From a virus (lineage: Duplodnaviria; Caudoviricetes), in IMG/VR virus record IMGVR_UViG_3300002895_000002, positions 149,117-213,116 of that record: 64,000 nt of DNA; one strand, written 5' to 3'. Shown piece after piece: positions 18,903 to 28,923 of this stretch. The stretch's first letter is position 1, and the number at the start of each line of letters is the position of its first letter. The notes below the pieces were generated by a model. It was not told the origin of the DNA and did not search any database. It worked only from the letters and a program-made list of their open reading frames with translations. The translations under genes and the position numbers were made by a program.

Positions 18903-20552
18903 ATGCCTTACACTTTTCTTTCTGGCGCAACTATTGATGCCAACCTGTTCTTTGAGATTATGTCGTCCGGCGACTGTTATCTCGGGTTTGCAAGATCGGC
19001 TCCTGTCTGGGGCAACTCTGCTCTTGTTCGGGTTCAACACAACCCGGCAAAAACATGGCCAACACAGATCATGGGCCAAGCAGACCCAGGTCCGGGTGGA
19101 GCTGCTCTGTTCTTTGATAAGAACGGGTATGCCGGTGTGACTAACGATCAGCGAGCGGTGTTTCTGTATAAAACTCCAGTAGCAAATGCCGACTTTGATT
19201 TGACTGGCGGGTCTTATGTTCAAGACAACCAAGCCGGGGGAATTTATGTTGGTCAGATGGTGATTGACTATATGAGTCGAAATTGGGCTCGAATCCAAGG
19301 AATGCATCCGAGGATCACGGAAAACTTCGACACTGACAATTACAAATATTATCTTGCGTCTGTGACTGTTCCTGGCGTCGGATTGATTGTTGCAAAAATT
19401 CTTCCTCGGTCGGTTGTTGAAGTTGCTTCATATAGCCAGAAGTGCATCCTTACATACCATGATGGTGTGTCATACCAGAACATGGATGATCTGTATCCGT
19501 TCTCTGTCAACGGTCTTACTCTTACCCGAAATGTTTTGGGTGAGCAGGTTGTGACTGGGTTTAACAGCAATGTAGCATTTCCGTCAAACCTACTCACATC
19601 AACGTTCTATATCCGAAACGAGTCAAACACCGCTACGTTGATTGGCCCAATGACGCTAATTCCGGGTCAAACGGAAACTGCTATCGAGAACGGCATTGAG
19701 ACCTATCTCAAGTTTGAATATGAAGAATCTAATGGAGCCCAGGTTTACCTGAAGGTCACTGACGGTGCATCTGATCTTTCCCAGCTGGCTGTCTACCACG
19801 AGTCACATTTCCGGGAAACATCAGTTCCGGTTGCTGATAACAACCCGCCGGCTCTGGATATCACATATCTCAAGAGCCCGTCGATCGACCTCAGCATCAG
19901 CAACGTGGTTGGAATGAACAACATTGTTGCATCTGATGTTTGGTTTGTGAAAGAGATTGAAGAAGCAGATGTACCGACATACCAGGCAATGGTTGATGTG
20001 TCTGTCGAGACCTTCGCATACCTTACTGGTGATGAGAAGGTGGCAGTGCTTCGTGTCGCTGCTCTCGCAACTGATACTGTCCTTCAAGTGGAAGATGGAT
20101 TTACGATCGGTGTGGGTGATGTGATCTGGTTCGACGGTGGTCCAGTCAACGTTCAGAGCGTTGATACTACTCTTGGTGCTGGGACGATCACGCTGGATGC
20201 ACCCACCAACGAGGCACTTTCGATCGATACAGTGATCCGAGCGTCCTCTGCTTCTGGATGGACCCTGAGCTACTACGCTAAGACCCAAGACATCGACAAG
20301 GCTCGGGAAGTGGGGATGAATCTTGTCATGCTTGACAAAAACGTGTCTTGTGCTGTTCCGACATACCAAGGTATATATCGTCAACTCTTTGTGTCGTACA
20401 AGCCTGGTGCTACCTTCACCCCAACTAGCACCACTTGGGATCAAACTAAATACAAGTACGACATCGGAACCCTTCTGTATCTCTCTAACAAACTACCAGT
20501 ATATCGTAGGTATGTTGCAGACGGGGTTGAGAACTTCAAACTCATCATCTAA
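18903..20552 (+). CDS. gp8-like baseplate wedge protein
   Basis: N-terminal YLGFARSAPVW; C-terminal YRQL...GTLLYLSNKLPVYR...ENFKLII. Confidence 0.6.
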   Translation: MPYTFLSGATIDANLFFEIMSSGDCYLGFARSAPVWGNSALVRVQHNPAKTWPTQIMGQADPGPGGAALFFDKNGYAGVTNDQRAVFLYKTPVANADFDLTGGSYVQDNQAGGIYVGQMVIDYMSRNWARIQGMHPRITENFDTDNYKYYLASVTVPGVGLIVAKILPRSVVEVASYSQKCILTYHDGVSYQNMDDLYPFSVNGLTLTRNVLGEQVVTGFNSNVAFPSNLLTSTFYIRNESNTATLIGPMTLIPGQTETAIENGIETYLKFEYEESNGAQVYLKVTDGASDLSQLAVYHESHFRETSVPVADNNPPALDITYLKSPSIDLSISNVVGMNNIVASDVWFVKEIEEADVPTYQAMVDVSVETFAYLTGDEKVAVLRVAALATDTVLQVEDGFTIGVGDVIWFDGGPVNVQSVDTTLGAGTITLDAPTNEALSIDTVIRASSASGWTLSYYAKTQDIDKAREVGMNLVMLDKNVSCAVPTYQGIYRQLFVSYKPGATFTPTSTTWDQTKYKYDIGTLLYLSNKLPVYRRYVADGVENFKLII

Positions 20553-20561
20553 GGGTAGGAC

Positions 20562-22547
20562 ATGGCATACACAAACAATCTCTTCAAGATTCCGGAGAAC
20601 GCCTCGGTCTTCGCTGTAAAGCAGGCTTTCAACCATCTGCTCGGAATGATGGCTCAGGTGGAACCGGCCAATGTCATCATCAACGGCAAGCTTCAGCACG
20701 TGGTTCGTGATGGGTTGCTGACCAAGGCCGATGGGTGGGACGGTGATGCCATTGCTCCGGGTATCATGTCTAACCACTTCTCCCAGTCCATCTCGGCTAG
20801 GCTGAAGCCAGGCACCCGCTACGTCCTCGCTGCATCCTACTTCAGTGATGCCGATTCGACTTTCGGTGTACCCCAGGTTACTGCTGGATTGGTGGATGCT
20901 CTCGCGGTTGTCGGAACACCCGTAGCAACTCCTGCAGGACAGCAAGCTGATGTGGTGGTAGAGTTTGTCACTTCTCTGTCATTTGACCCAAACATCCATG
21001 ACGTGAAGGTGGAGTTCGGCGGCACACTTCCGGCTCAGACAACCATCACTGACATCAACTGCGTGGAAGCCGGGTTGCTCATTGGTAGTATTGACAAAGA
21101 GATGCTCAATGTCGACACACGGTACAACCTGACATCCGGTGAGTGGGAGCTGACGAACGACGGTGGTACCACGTGGTCATCCATCATCAATCGATCAAAT
21201 CTGGCTCAGCACATAGTAGATACAATCATCGACCCTGCCGTCGACTATTCCAACGTTGGTGGGGCATTACAAGCTTCACATAAACCGATCGTCCTTGATA
21301 TGGTCGGCGATGTTCGTGTTCATGGTGGTGGTGATCTCATTCTCCCCATCAATGGAGGCCCAGCGTTTGCAGTTGAATTGGATGTCCGCCGTGTGCATGG
21401 TGATCTCCAGGTAGACGGTAACTTCACTGTCCTCGGAACGAACACCACGATCAACTCCGAGACCATCACAACTACCGACCCGTTCATCAGAGTCAATGCT
21501 GACGATGCCCTTGCTCTTCAGAACTATGCGGGTGTCGAGGTAGCTCCGAGAGCAGGATATGCAACCGCTCCGCAGATCCGCTGGAACTATGGCACCCAGC
21601 AATGGGAAATGTCTGACGAGAATGGTAATAGCGGCGTTGTGCTGATGGGTGGCGGAAGTGTTACTGCATCAGACATCATCGGAGCATTCTCTGGCAAGAA
21701 AGGCATCACCGTCACCAACAATGCCGGTGATATCGACCTGGAGCTGAAGGTAAACTCTAGCGGCACTGTCACCGCAGCATATGATGCCCTGAATAACTGG
21801 TACACCTTCGCGATTGCTAACAGTGGCGTAACTCCTGCTACCTACCAAGGGCTGACGATCGGATTGGACGGCCGGGTTACTGCTGCTACCAACAACCTCA
21901 CCGTATCGTTCCTCATCCCTGACTATGACGAGTTCGGCCCTCTTACTGATAACGGTCTTCAGGTTGTCAACAAGAACTATGTGGATGCAGTTGCTGGTGC
22001 CGGTGTTGCATCTCCATCCGACTTGTTTGATGTGAACAACAACTTCGACATATCCGGTGCCGGTCTTTATTGGGGTGGAACTGGCGATTACGGTAAGATC
22101 AAGTTTGATACTTCCGGTGTTCATGGTAAGATGGTCTTTGAGACCGGTAACCATGCTCTGGAATCATTTGACTTCGTTCAGTACGACTCTGTTACCAGTA
22201 CATACACTACGGTAGCCACTATCGGTTCGACTGGCATCACGTCCATTGGCTTCAACGTAGCATCATCGAGAACACTCAAGACGAACATCGAGAAGATCAG
22301 TGGTGCACTCGAGCTCGTGGATAAACTCGAGGGTGTCCGGTATAACTGGAAGAGCAACCCTGACAGCAAAACCCAGATCGGTATGATCGCTGAGGATGTG
22401 GAAGAGGTTCTCCCAGAGTTGGTAACGGACGGCTCGGTGCTTGCTCCAAAAGCCGTCAACTATGCCCAGATGGTTGCTGTTCTGGTCGAAGCAGTCAAGG
22501 AACTAAAAGCTGAAGTGAAGGAACTGAAGGAGAAACTCAATGCCTGA
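20562..22547 (+). CDS. Tail fibre/spike protein with C-terminal intramolecular chaperone (peptidase S74-like)
   Basis: SSRTLKTNIEKISGALELVDKLEGVRYNWK...IGMIAEDVEEVLPELV...VNYAQMVAVLVEAVKEL. Confidence 0.85.
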   Translation: MAYTNNLFKIPENASVFAVKQAFNHLLGMMAQVEPANVIINGKLQHVVRDGLLTKADGWDGDAIAPGIMSNHFSQSISARLKPGTRYVLAASYFSDADSTFGVPQVTAGLVDALAVVGTPVATPAGQQADVVVEFVTSLSFDPNIHDVKVEFGGTLPAQTTITDINCVEAGLLIGSIDKEMLNVDTRYNLTSGEWELTNDGGTTWSSIINRSNLAQHIVDTIIDPAVDYSNVGGALQASHKPIVLDMVGDVRVHGGGDLILPINGGPAFAVELDVRRVHGDLQVDGNFTVLGTNTTINSETITTTDPFIRVNADDALALQNYAGVEVAPRAGYATAPQIRWNYGTQQWEMSDENGNSGVVLMGGGSVTASDIIGAFSGKKGITVTNNAGDIDLELKVNSSGTVTAAYDALNNWYTFAIANSGVTPATYQGLTIGLDGRVTAATNNLTVSFLIPDYDEFGPLTDNGLQVVNKNYVDAVAGAGVASPSDLFDVNNNFDISGAGLYWGGTGDYGKIKFDTSGVHGKMVFETGNHALESFDFVQYDSVTSTYTTVATIGSTGITSIGFNVASSRTLKTNIEKISGALELVDKLEGVRYNWKSNPDSKTQIGMIAEDVEEVLPELVTDGSVLAPKAVNYAQMVAVLVEAVKELKAEVKELKEKLNA

Positions 22548-23148
22548 GTATGATATCCATGCGGAATACCTGATAGGACCAAACCTTATCGCTGCTGTGC
22601 ATCGGATGGACAGCGAAGGTGTTTATCAGAGCACTGACTTTGTTCGACGCGACGATAACGGTATGCTCTTTGTGAACTACCGGTGCACCACGGTTACTCT
22701 GCCGTTTTTCGATGAAGCCACTGAGCAAGCCAGGTTTGAACACGGCCTGGGCTGGGTGATCGAACCTAAGGGTGTCGAGGTAGCAGAACCACCGGTTACT
22801 CTCAGTGCTGCTAAGAAAAAGAAGCTGGCCGACCTGGCTGCATATCGCTACCAAAGAGAGACTGGTGGTCTTTCAGTCAAGGGAATGTCAATCCTGACTG
22901 ACAGGGAATCCCAGGCACAACTCACCAGTGCCTATGTCAGCCTCAAGTTCGGTCTCAAGTCTTCCATAGACTGGAAGGGAACGAACGGTTGGACTTCCCT
23001 GACACTTGCAGAGATCGAGCCTATCGCCCAGTTAGTTCTGCATCATGTTCAGAACAGTTTCACCATGGAGAAGATACATTCAGAGGCGATAAATAACTTG
23101 ACTACCGTCGAGGAAGTCAATGCTTACGATATCACCGTTGGTTTCTAA
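22540..23148 (+). CDS. Tail fibre assembly protein, DUF4376-like
   Basis: AKKKKLADLAAYRYQRETGG...TDRESQAQL...IDWKGTNGW...V.AYDITVGF. Confidence 0.75.
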   Translation: MPEYDIHAEYLIGPNLIAAVHRMDSEGVYQSTDFVRRDDNGMLFVNYRCTTVTLPFFDEATEQARFEHGLGWVIEPKGVEVAEPPVTLSAAKKKKLADLAAYRYQRETGGLSVKGMSILTDRESQAQLTSAYVSLKFGLKSSIDWKGTNGWTSLTLAEIEPIAQLVLHHVQNSFTMEKIHSEAINNLTTVEEVNAYDITVGF

Positions 23149-23160
23149 TAAGAGGACACG

Positions 23161-25218
23161 ATGAACGAGTATTTCAAGACACAACCTGAGTCTTCTCTCA
23201 ATCACCTCAAAGATCTACACAATGACACTGTTGATGCTGTTGGTGGTGAGACCTTCCGTAACCTCATCGTGAACCCGCGATTCAACATCGAGTTCGATGG
23301 GTCATACGCAGGGTGGGTAGAACTTCCGGGTTCCATGACTCAATATCTACCTGATTGTCTCGAGCCGAATACTACATACACTCTGATAGCAGATGTTGAG
23401 TTTATGAATGACGTTCCAACAGATGACACTATCTCTATCACAGTAGACGGTAGAGTTCTGGTCATTCCGGACAATAACTCCCGGGCTAAAGGTGCTCTGA
23501 TCTTTACCACGAATACCGTCATTGGTGACTACTCGGTAGTACTCAACAAGAACATTAGGAACGGTCGTCATACGATACATCAGCTCACATTAGTCAAGGG
23601 TGAGCTCGAGATCGGCCCTGAGCCGAAAGAAGTAGAGCTCAGTCATCTCCTGTCCCGGATGATCCGCCATGACGGTTCAACCTGGACTATCAGTCACGAC
23701 GGTGTATCGTTCAGCAAGCTGATGAGCCAAGACTCCGTGGAGGGTACCAACGGTATAGTGGTGAGTACGGTCGGTGAGAAGGTGAGAATCTCCCAGCAGA
23801 ATGTGGTGATTACCGGTGATGCATCCGGTACATCCGTGGCTGGGGCGACTGACACCACGATCAACCTCGTCATCAGCACCATTGCCGGTTCTTTGAACAT
23901 TGGACAGAACCTCCGGGTTCAGGGTGATCTCCAGGTTGACGGCACTGTGTACTCCATGAACACCCTTGAGGTTGACAACCCGCTTCTCATCATCAACAAG
24001 GACGGCACTGACCTTACCGGTATCCCTGCAGGCATCTCCGTGAACCGTGGCGGCACTCTTACAAATGCTCTTCTGATATGGGATGAAGCATCCACTACTT
24101 GGAAAGTCAGCGACGATGTTGGTAACCTCCACACCATCCTGACGGACTTCGACATCTGGAATGAACTGGCAGACATGTTCGGTGCAGGAGTTGCCGGTGC
24201 ACATCAGGGCCTGACGGTAACTTACGACTCCACCACGAAAAACATTGCCTTCAGGGTCAACACCTTCACCGTAAATCTGCAGGGTGATGTCAACGGCACA
24301 TCCGGTCTGGTTCAGCTGGAGAACGACGGACAGACCATCACCATTGTCACCACGATGAGCCCAGTAGCCAACGTGGACAAAGTGGACGGCCGTGATGTTG
24401 ATCCGACAGGAACGGTCGAAACCACCAACGTGCTCTGGCCTGCTGATGTTATCAAGGCGAAGATCGAAGCTGCTCTTGCCACCGTTCTCAATCCGATATC
24501 CAACTATTCTCGGATGTATGAGGAGAAAGTGGTTACTGGCATCTCTGTTCCTACAGCAGGGTTGACCTTTACTCTCACTAACCCAAATGTTTACACTGTT
24601 GGTACCAACACACTCGAAGTTTATCGAAACGGTCAGAGACTTCCAAATGCTGACTATATTGAGGTAAACACTACACAGATCCAGATCCTTGTGCCGCTCA
24701 ATCCGGGTGAAACTCTGATCTTCACTGAGGGTAGGACAAACGGTTCCGCTTTGTGGGACTCAATCATCGGCAAGCCAACGTTCGCTATGGATGTGCCAAC
24801 TGGTACGGTGGTTCCGTATGCCGGGTCTGTTGCTCCGGGTGGTTGGTCAGAATGTGATGGCGGGGAACTCGATAGAACATTAGATGCCAATTTGTTTGGT
24901 GTTATCGGTACAACTTTCGGTATAGGAAACGGAACCACCACATATAACAAACCGGATCTTCGCGGTGAATTCATTCGTGGGTGGGACCATGGACGGGGTG
25001 TTGACCTAAGCCGTCTTCAAAACAGTTGGCAAACAGATATGATTAAGGCACATAGTCACACATTTCACAGAACTATGCATAGAGCATCTATACATGATGT
25101 AATTACATATGATGTCGGCGGCGGTGAAGGTGTTATAAATGATGGAATTACTGATGTGTTTGGTGGTGTTGAGACCCGTCCACGCAACATTGCTATGATG
25201 TACATCATCAAACTCTAA
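23161..25218 (+). CDS. Tail fibre protein with tail collar domain
   Basis: PTGTVVPYAG...WSECDG...LFGVIGTTFG.GNGTTTYNKPDLRGEFIRGWD; ends ETRPRNIAMMYIIK. Confidence 0.85.
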   Translation: MNEYFKTQPESSLNHLKDLHNDTVDAVGGETFRNLIVNPRFNIEFDGSYAGWVELPGSMTQYLPDCLEPNTTYTLIADVEFMNDVPTDDTISITVDGRVLVIPDNNSRAKGALIFTTNTVIGDYSVVLNKNIRNGRHTIHQLTLVKGELEIGPEPKEVELSHLLSRMIRHDGSTWTISHDGVSFSKLMSQDSVEGTNGIVVSTVGEKVRISQQNVVITGDASGTSVAGATDTTINLVISTIAGSLNIGQNLRVQGDLQVDGTVYSMNTLEVDNPLLIINKDGTDLTGIPAGISVNRGGTLTNALLIWDEASTTWKVSDDVGNLHTILTDFDIWNELADMFGAGVAGAHQGLTVTYDSTTKNIAFRVNTFTVNLQGDVNGTSGLVQLENDGQTITIVTTMSPVANVDKVDGRDVDPTGTVETTNVLWPADVIKAKIEAALATVLNPISNYSRMYEEKVVTGISVPTAGLTFTLTNPNVYTVGTNTLEVYRNGQRLPNADYIEVNTTQIQILVPLNPGETLIFTEGRTNGSALWDSIIGKPTFAMDVPTGTVVPYAGSVAPGGWSECDGGELDRTLDANLFGVIGTTFGIGNGTTTYNKPDLRGEFIRGWDHGRGVDLSRLQNSWQTDMIKAHSHTFHRTMHRASIHDVITYDVGGGEGVINDGITDVFGGVETRPRNIAMMYIIKL

Positions 25219-25239
25219 CAATGACATACGGAGAATCAC

Positions 25240-26127
25240 ATGTCTAATCCGGCAAGCCCAATAAGACCAGATCAGTTGCTTCTTGATTCTGAACATCGGT
25301 TGGTTACTGATGCACAAATAACACAATGGAATGCTGGCGGTGGCGGCACTATTTTGGAACCTATTTTGCCAATTTCACTTTATTCTGGTGGCAATTTTGG
25401 TGGTAGTGATCCATATACTACTACACCGTTTACACTTTCATACCCGCCGATAATCCCATCATATGCAACAAGTGTGATTTTGGGCGTTGGACTTAAGACT
25501 AGTTCAAGTTCATCTGCTAACATGTATATTTCCAAAGCACCATCATTACCATCTAGGCTTGCTACAGTTTCATACAGTCCAAACAACTCTGATGATGCAT
25601 GTGGAAATTACAATGAAATAGAAATACCATATCATAGTGACAGAAATTTTTTAATCTCGCTTAGCCATTCTGGAAACGCTCCGTCGGGGTGGATAATTCA
25701 AGTTCTTGGTTATCGTCGTTCAACTGTTATCGATGCTCTTGCTCTTTCAAACACCAATCCGTTGGCCGATGGAACTGCATCGCCGGGCTCTTCTCTGTAT
25801 GTTTCACGAGCCGATCACGTACACCCAGACAAATCATCTTCAAATGAACACGTTCGTTTGGGTGGTAACTTGATAATGCAGTGGGGTTCATTGACGAACA
25901 TTCTTCTTGAACAATCTACCTGGTATTCTGTCACATTCCCATACCCATTGGATGCTGCACCATATAACATCGATACACAGCTGGTTTTTAATAGTTTAAT
26001 GAACGGAACTATTTCTCTCAAAGTTCGTAATATTACCAATCTTGGTTTTGAGATAGGCGGTGAAAATTCCGAATATTCGTATTATGGTGACATTATGTGG
26101 AAGGCTATCGGACCGAAAGCCGTGTAA
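25240..26127 (+). CDS. Tail fibre/receptor-binding protein with gp53-like (lectin-type) C-terminus
   Basis: ADGTASPGSSLYVSRADHVHP, GGNLIMQWG, VTFPYP...WKAIG. Confidence 0.7.
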   Translation: MSNPASPIRPDQLLLDSEHRLVTDAQITQWNAGGGGTILEPILPISLYSGGNFGGSDPYTTTPFTLSYPPIIPSYATSVILGVGLKTSSSSSANMYISKAPSLPSRLATVSYSPNNSDDACGNYNEIEIPYHSDRNFLISLSHSGNAPSGWIIQVLGYRRSTVIDALALSNTNPLADGTASPGSSLYVSRADHVHPDKSSSNEHVRLGGNLIMQWGSLTNILLEQSTWYSVTFPYPLDAAPYNIDTQLVFNSLMNGTISLKVRNITNLGFEIGGENSEYSYYGDIMWKAIGPKAV

Positions 26128-26156
26128 ATCCTGACCACCAGATTGGATGATAAATA

Positions 26157-26182
26157 ACCCTAGAGGACTCTTCCTCTGGGGT
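26157..26182 (+). promoter_or_regulatory. Leader hairpin directly after late promoter GATAAATA (26149-26156)
   Basis: ACCCTAGAGGA-CTCT-TCCTCTGGGGT, 11-bp stem followed by TTCTTATT and then the ATG. Confidence 0.6.
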
Positions 26183-26190
26183 TTCTTATT

Positions 26191-26757
26191 ATGGCATTTG
26201 GAATTAGCATATCAGATTTTAGAACACAGATCAAGGACCTTGCTCGACCGAACAGGTTCAAGATTGAAATTAATCCCCCATCCGGAATCCCGACAGGTAT
26301 GTTTGAGGATTTTCAGGACATAGCATTCTTTGCTAGGAATGCTTCCATACCCGAGAGAACAGTCAACGAACACACCATCAAAAAGTATGGTATGATGTAT
26401 CATGTCGCTGCTGACATGGACTTCAGTGACCTTACCATTACCTTCCTAAATGACTACGAGTGGAAGTGTCGGACATTCTTTGAGGTCTGGATTGACAAGA
26501 TTGCTAGGGCGAAGGATAACAAACGTCTTGAGCCTTCAGAATATCTGTACCAAAGCAGACTCAGAGTGTTTCAACTCGGCCGAACCCAAAATGATATCCT
26601 CGCAAAATATGAATTCCATGATATCTACCCAAAGACGGTTGGGCGGATTGAACTCAGCATGGACAACCGAAGTGAGGTGGAAACTTTTGATGTAACCTTC
26701 GTCTATACCTACTGGGTTCGAATAGATGATCAATGGAAAAAGTTTGGTGGTGAATAA
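26191..26757 (+). CDS. gp19: Tail tube protein, gp19 family
   Basis: LARPNRFKI, ASIPER, DLTITFLND, YP..VG.IELS.D...ETFDVTFVYTYW. Confidence 0.85.
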   Translation: MAFGISISDFRTQIKDLARPNRFKIEINPPSGIPTGMFEDFQDIAFFARNASIPERTVNEHTIKKYGMMYHVAADMDFSDLTITFLNDYEWKCRTFFEVWIDKIARAKDNKRLEPSEYLYQSRLRVFQLGRTQNDILAKYEFHDIYPKTVGRIELSMDNRSEVETFDVTFVYTYWVRIDDQWKKFGGE

Positions 26758-27398
26758 TGAGCTTTCTTCAACACGTTGACAACCTAAAGATTCGGTTCTT
26801 GGACATTGCTCGTCCAAACATGTTTGAGATTCTGATTGATACTTCCCGCCTTGGGTTGACTCAGCCAGGTAATGAGATGATCCGTGCAGCTGTCAAAACT
26901 ACTTCCTTTCCCTCTGTGACTGTTGGTGACCTTGGGTTGACTCGGATGGGCGTTAAATACCCATTACCGGGTGATGTGTCATGGGGTGAATCATCTGTTA
27001 CATTCTTCAACGATGCTAACTTCAAGATATTTGACTTCTTCCAGGAATGGAGACGGATGTATCTTCGCCAAGGCATCAATAACCAAGGTGGTGTGCCAAA
27101 GAACGCTCTGGCTGCTGATGTCAAGATAGTTCAACTGTACGGTAACCACGAACAGGCCAAGATTTGTACCCTCAAACATGCCTGGCCATCTGTGATTGGA
27201 GATATCCAACTCGACCACGAATCTGAGAACGCTTCTGAATCGTTCCAGGTTACTTTCTCGTATGTCTATGCTAATTGGAGTAGAACACTCACAGAGAACT
27301 CTTCTGGTATTTCTGAGGACTCCCAAGGTTCATCTGATTCAGAATTGAGTGACATCCAGGAAGTTCCTGTTTGGGTAGAAGATCGAATTACTTTTTAA
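26757..27398 (+). CDS. Tail tube-like paralog (gp19/gp54 family)
   Basis: IARPNMFEI, PLPGDVSWG, HAWPSVIGDIQLD, FQVTFSY. Confidence 0.75.
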   Translation: MSFLQHVDNLKIRFLDIARPNMFEILIDTSRLGLTQPGNEMIRAAVKTTSFPSVTVGDLGLTRMGVKYPLPGDVSWGESSVTFFNDANFKIFDFFQEWRRMYLRQGINNQGGVPKNALAADVKIVQLYGNHEQAKICTLKHAWPSVIGDIQLDHESENASESFQVTFSYVYANWSRTLTENSSGISEDSQGSSDSELSDIQEVPVWVEDRITF

Positions 27399-27408
27399 AG
27401 GTAATCTC

Positions 27409-27951
27409 ATGGCAAAAAATCCGTACCGTGCACAATCACATATGAACACCGAGGACTTCATCTCTAACAGTTTCCTGAATAGGAATGCTGGTCTGTTGAG
27501 GAAGAACCGGTTTATCATCACTACGTCACTGAACGATGACCGTCTGCAATGGAATGCTGTTCAGGTCAACTGCCCGGGAGTTGAGATCGGGATGCAAGAC
27601 GGTGAGTTCAACGGAGTTCCGAGATGGGCACCCAGGACCCGACAAGATAATGAGATGTCTATCACTTTTCTTGAGACTCCCATGCTTGAGATTAGAAGAC
27701 TCTTTTCAAACCTCATTAGCGGTGGTGTTCAAGTTCACAATGAGTGGGCGGTAACTCGGAACTATCTCAAAAATCTGTACATGACTATCAAGGTCATGCC
27801 ACTCACCCCAAAAGGCAACGCATACAACGGTGATATATTCGAGCACTGCTTTCCTTACTCGGTTGGGGCGATGGATTATAACACCGCCGAAGAGAATAGC
27901 ATTGGCCTGACTGAGGTCAAATTCAAGTACGTCCTGCATCGTGTTTTTTAG
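27409..27951 (+). CDS. Tail tube-like paralog (gp54/gp3-like)
   Basis: GLLRKNRFII, VNCPG, FPYSVGAMDYNTAEEN...VKFKY. Confidence 0.65.
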   Translation: MAKNPYRAQSHMNTEDFISNSFLNRNAGLLRKNRFIITTSLNDDRLQWNAVQVNCPGVEIGMQDGEFNGVPRWAPRTRQDNEMSITFLETPMLEIRRLFSNLISGGVQVHNEWAVTRNYLKNLYMTIKVMPLTPKGNAYNGDIFEHCFPYSVGAMDYNTAEENSIGLTEVKFKYVLHRVF

Positions 27952-28018
27952 CGATAAATAATAAAGAACATCCATCAGAAAACAACCATATGTCAATGAA
28001 CAAAGGAGAACAAACAAC

Positions 28019-28738
28019 ATGGCATTACCCAAACTGAACGAAACCGTAAACTTCGCAAAAATTACCCTTCTTTCCGGAAAAAAGATCGGTATCCGTCAGT
28101 GGCGGATCAAGGACGAAAAAGACCTGCTCTTCGTGACTGAAGGGGTTGATGATGAGGATGTGGTGACTGAGGCGATGGTCAACTTCCTTCGGAATTGTGT
28201 TGACGATCAGGAGCTGTTTGATACCTTGTCCGAAACCGACATCCTGGAAGTAGCTTCTCAGATGAGACAACTGTCCAAAGGTGGAACGGTCGAATTTACT
28301 TTCCGGTGCAGTAACCCTGAATGTAAGATTCCCAATGAAGGGGAAGTAAAGATTGATGAGATTGTTCGGAAGAAAGAATTCGACGGTAAGCCATACGAAG
28401 TCATCCCAGGTGTGTTCGTCACATTCAAAGAGATCTCTCACAAACGTCGAGTTGAACTGGAAAAGGCGTCAGAGAAGCTGACGGAATACAACTTCAAATA
28501 TCTGTGCAACTCCATCGAGACTGTCACAGTCAACGGAGTTACTTACACTGAGTTTACTCCAGAAGAAGTGGAACTGTTCCTGGGTGAGATCGACGACCTT
28601 ACTGCCGGCGAGAAGCTTTACGAAGAGATGGACAAGAGAGTTGCAACATTTGACCTTGATATAAAAGGGGTCTGCTCCGCCTGTAAGACGGAAACGGAGG
28701 TTGTGTTCACAAACCCTTTAGCATTTTTCGTTTTCTAG
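28019..28738 (+). CDS. gp26: Baseplate hub subunit, gp26-like
   Basis: MALPKL...RQWRIKDEKDLL, RQLSKG..VEFTFRC..C, CSAC...FF ending. Confidence 0.8.
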   Translation: MALPKLNETVNFAKITLLSGKKIGIRQWRIKDEKDLLFVTEGVDDEDVVTEAMVNFLRNCVDDQELFDTLSETDILEVASQMRQLSKGGTVEFTFRCSNPECKIPNEGEVKIDEIVRKKEFDGKPYEVIPGVFVTFKEISHKRRVELEKASEKLTEYNFKYLCNSIETVTVNGVTYTEFTPEEVELFLGEIDDLTAGEKLYEEMDKRVATFDLDIKGVCSACKTETEVVFTNPLAFFVF

Positions 28739-28911
28739 TCACTGATAACAGTCTAGGAAACATCTTTACAATCATTTTCTGGATGAAGAAGAACTATAAC
28801 TTCGGTATTCAGGAAATGGAGGACCTAAGTCCAGCAGAGTTTGAAATTTATTATTACATGGCCTTGGCTGATTGGAAACAAGAACAAGAAGCAAAGGCGA
28901 ACGCCCGATAA
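28735..28911 (+). CDS. Short ORF in the -1 frame after gp26 (gp51-like / chaperone extension); no start codon before 28783
   Basis: LVTDNSLGNIFTIIFWMKKNYNFGIQEMEDLSPAEFEIYYYMALADWKQEQEAKANAR resembles the small ORF that typically follows gp26 in T4-like phages. Confidence 0.6.
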   Translation, partial: LVTDNSLGNIFTIIFWMKKNYNFGIQEMEDLSPAEFEIYYYMALADWKQEQEAKANAR

Positions 28912-28923
28912 AGCGAGTGTGAG

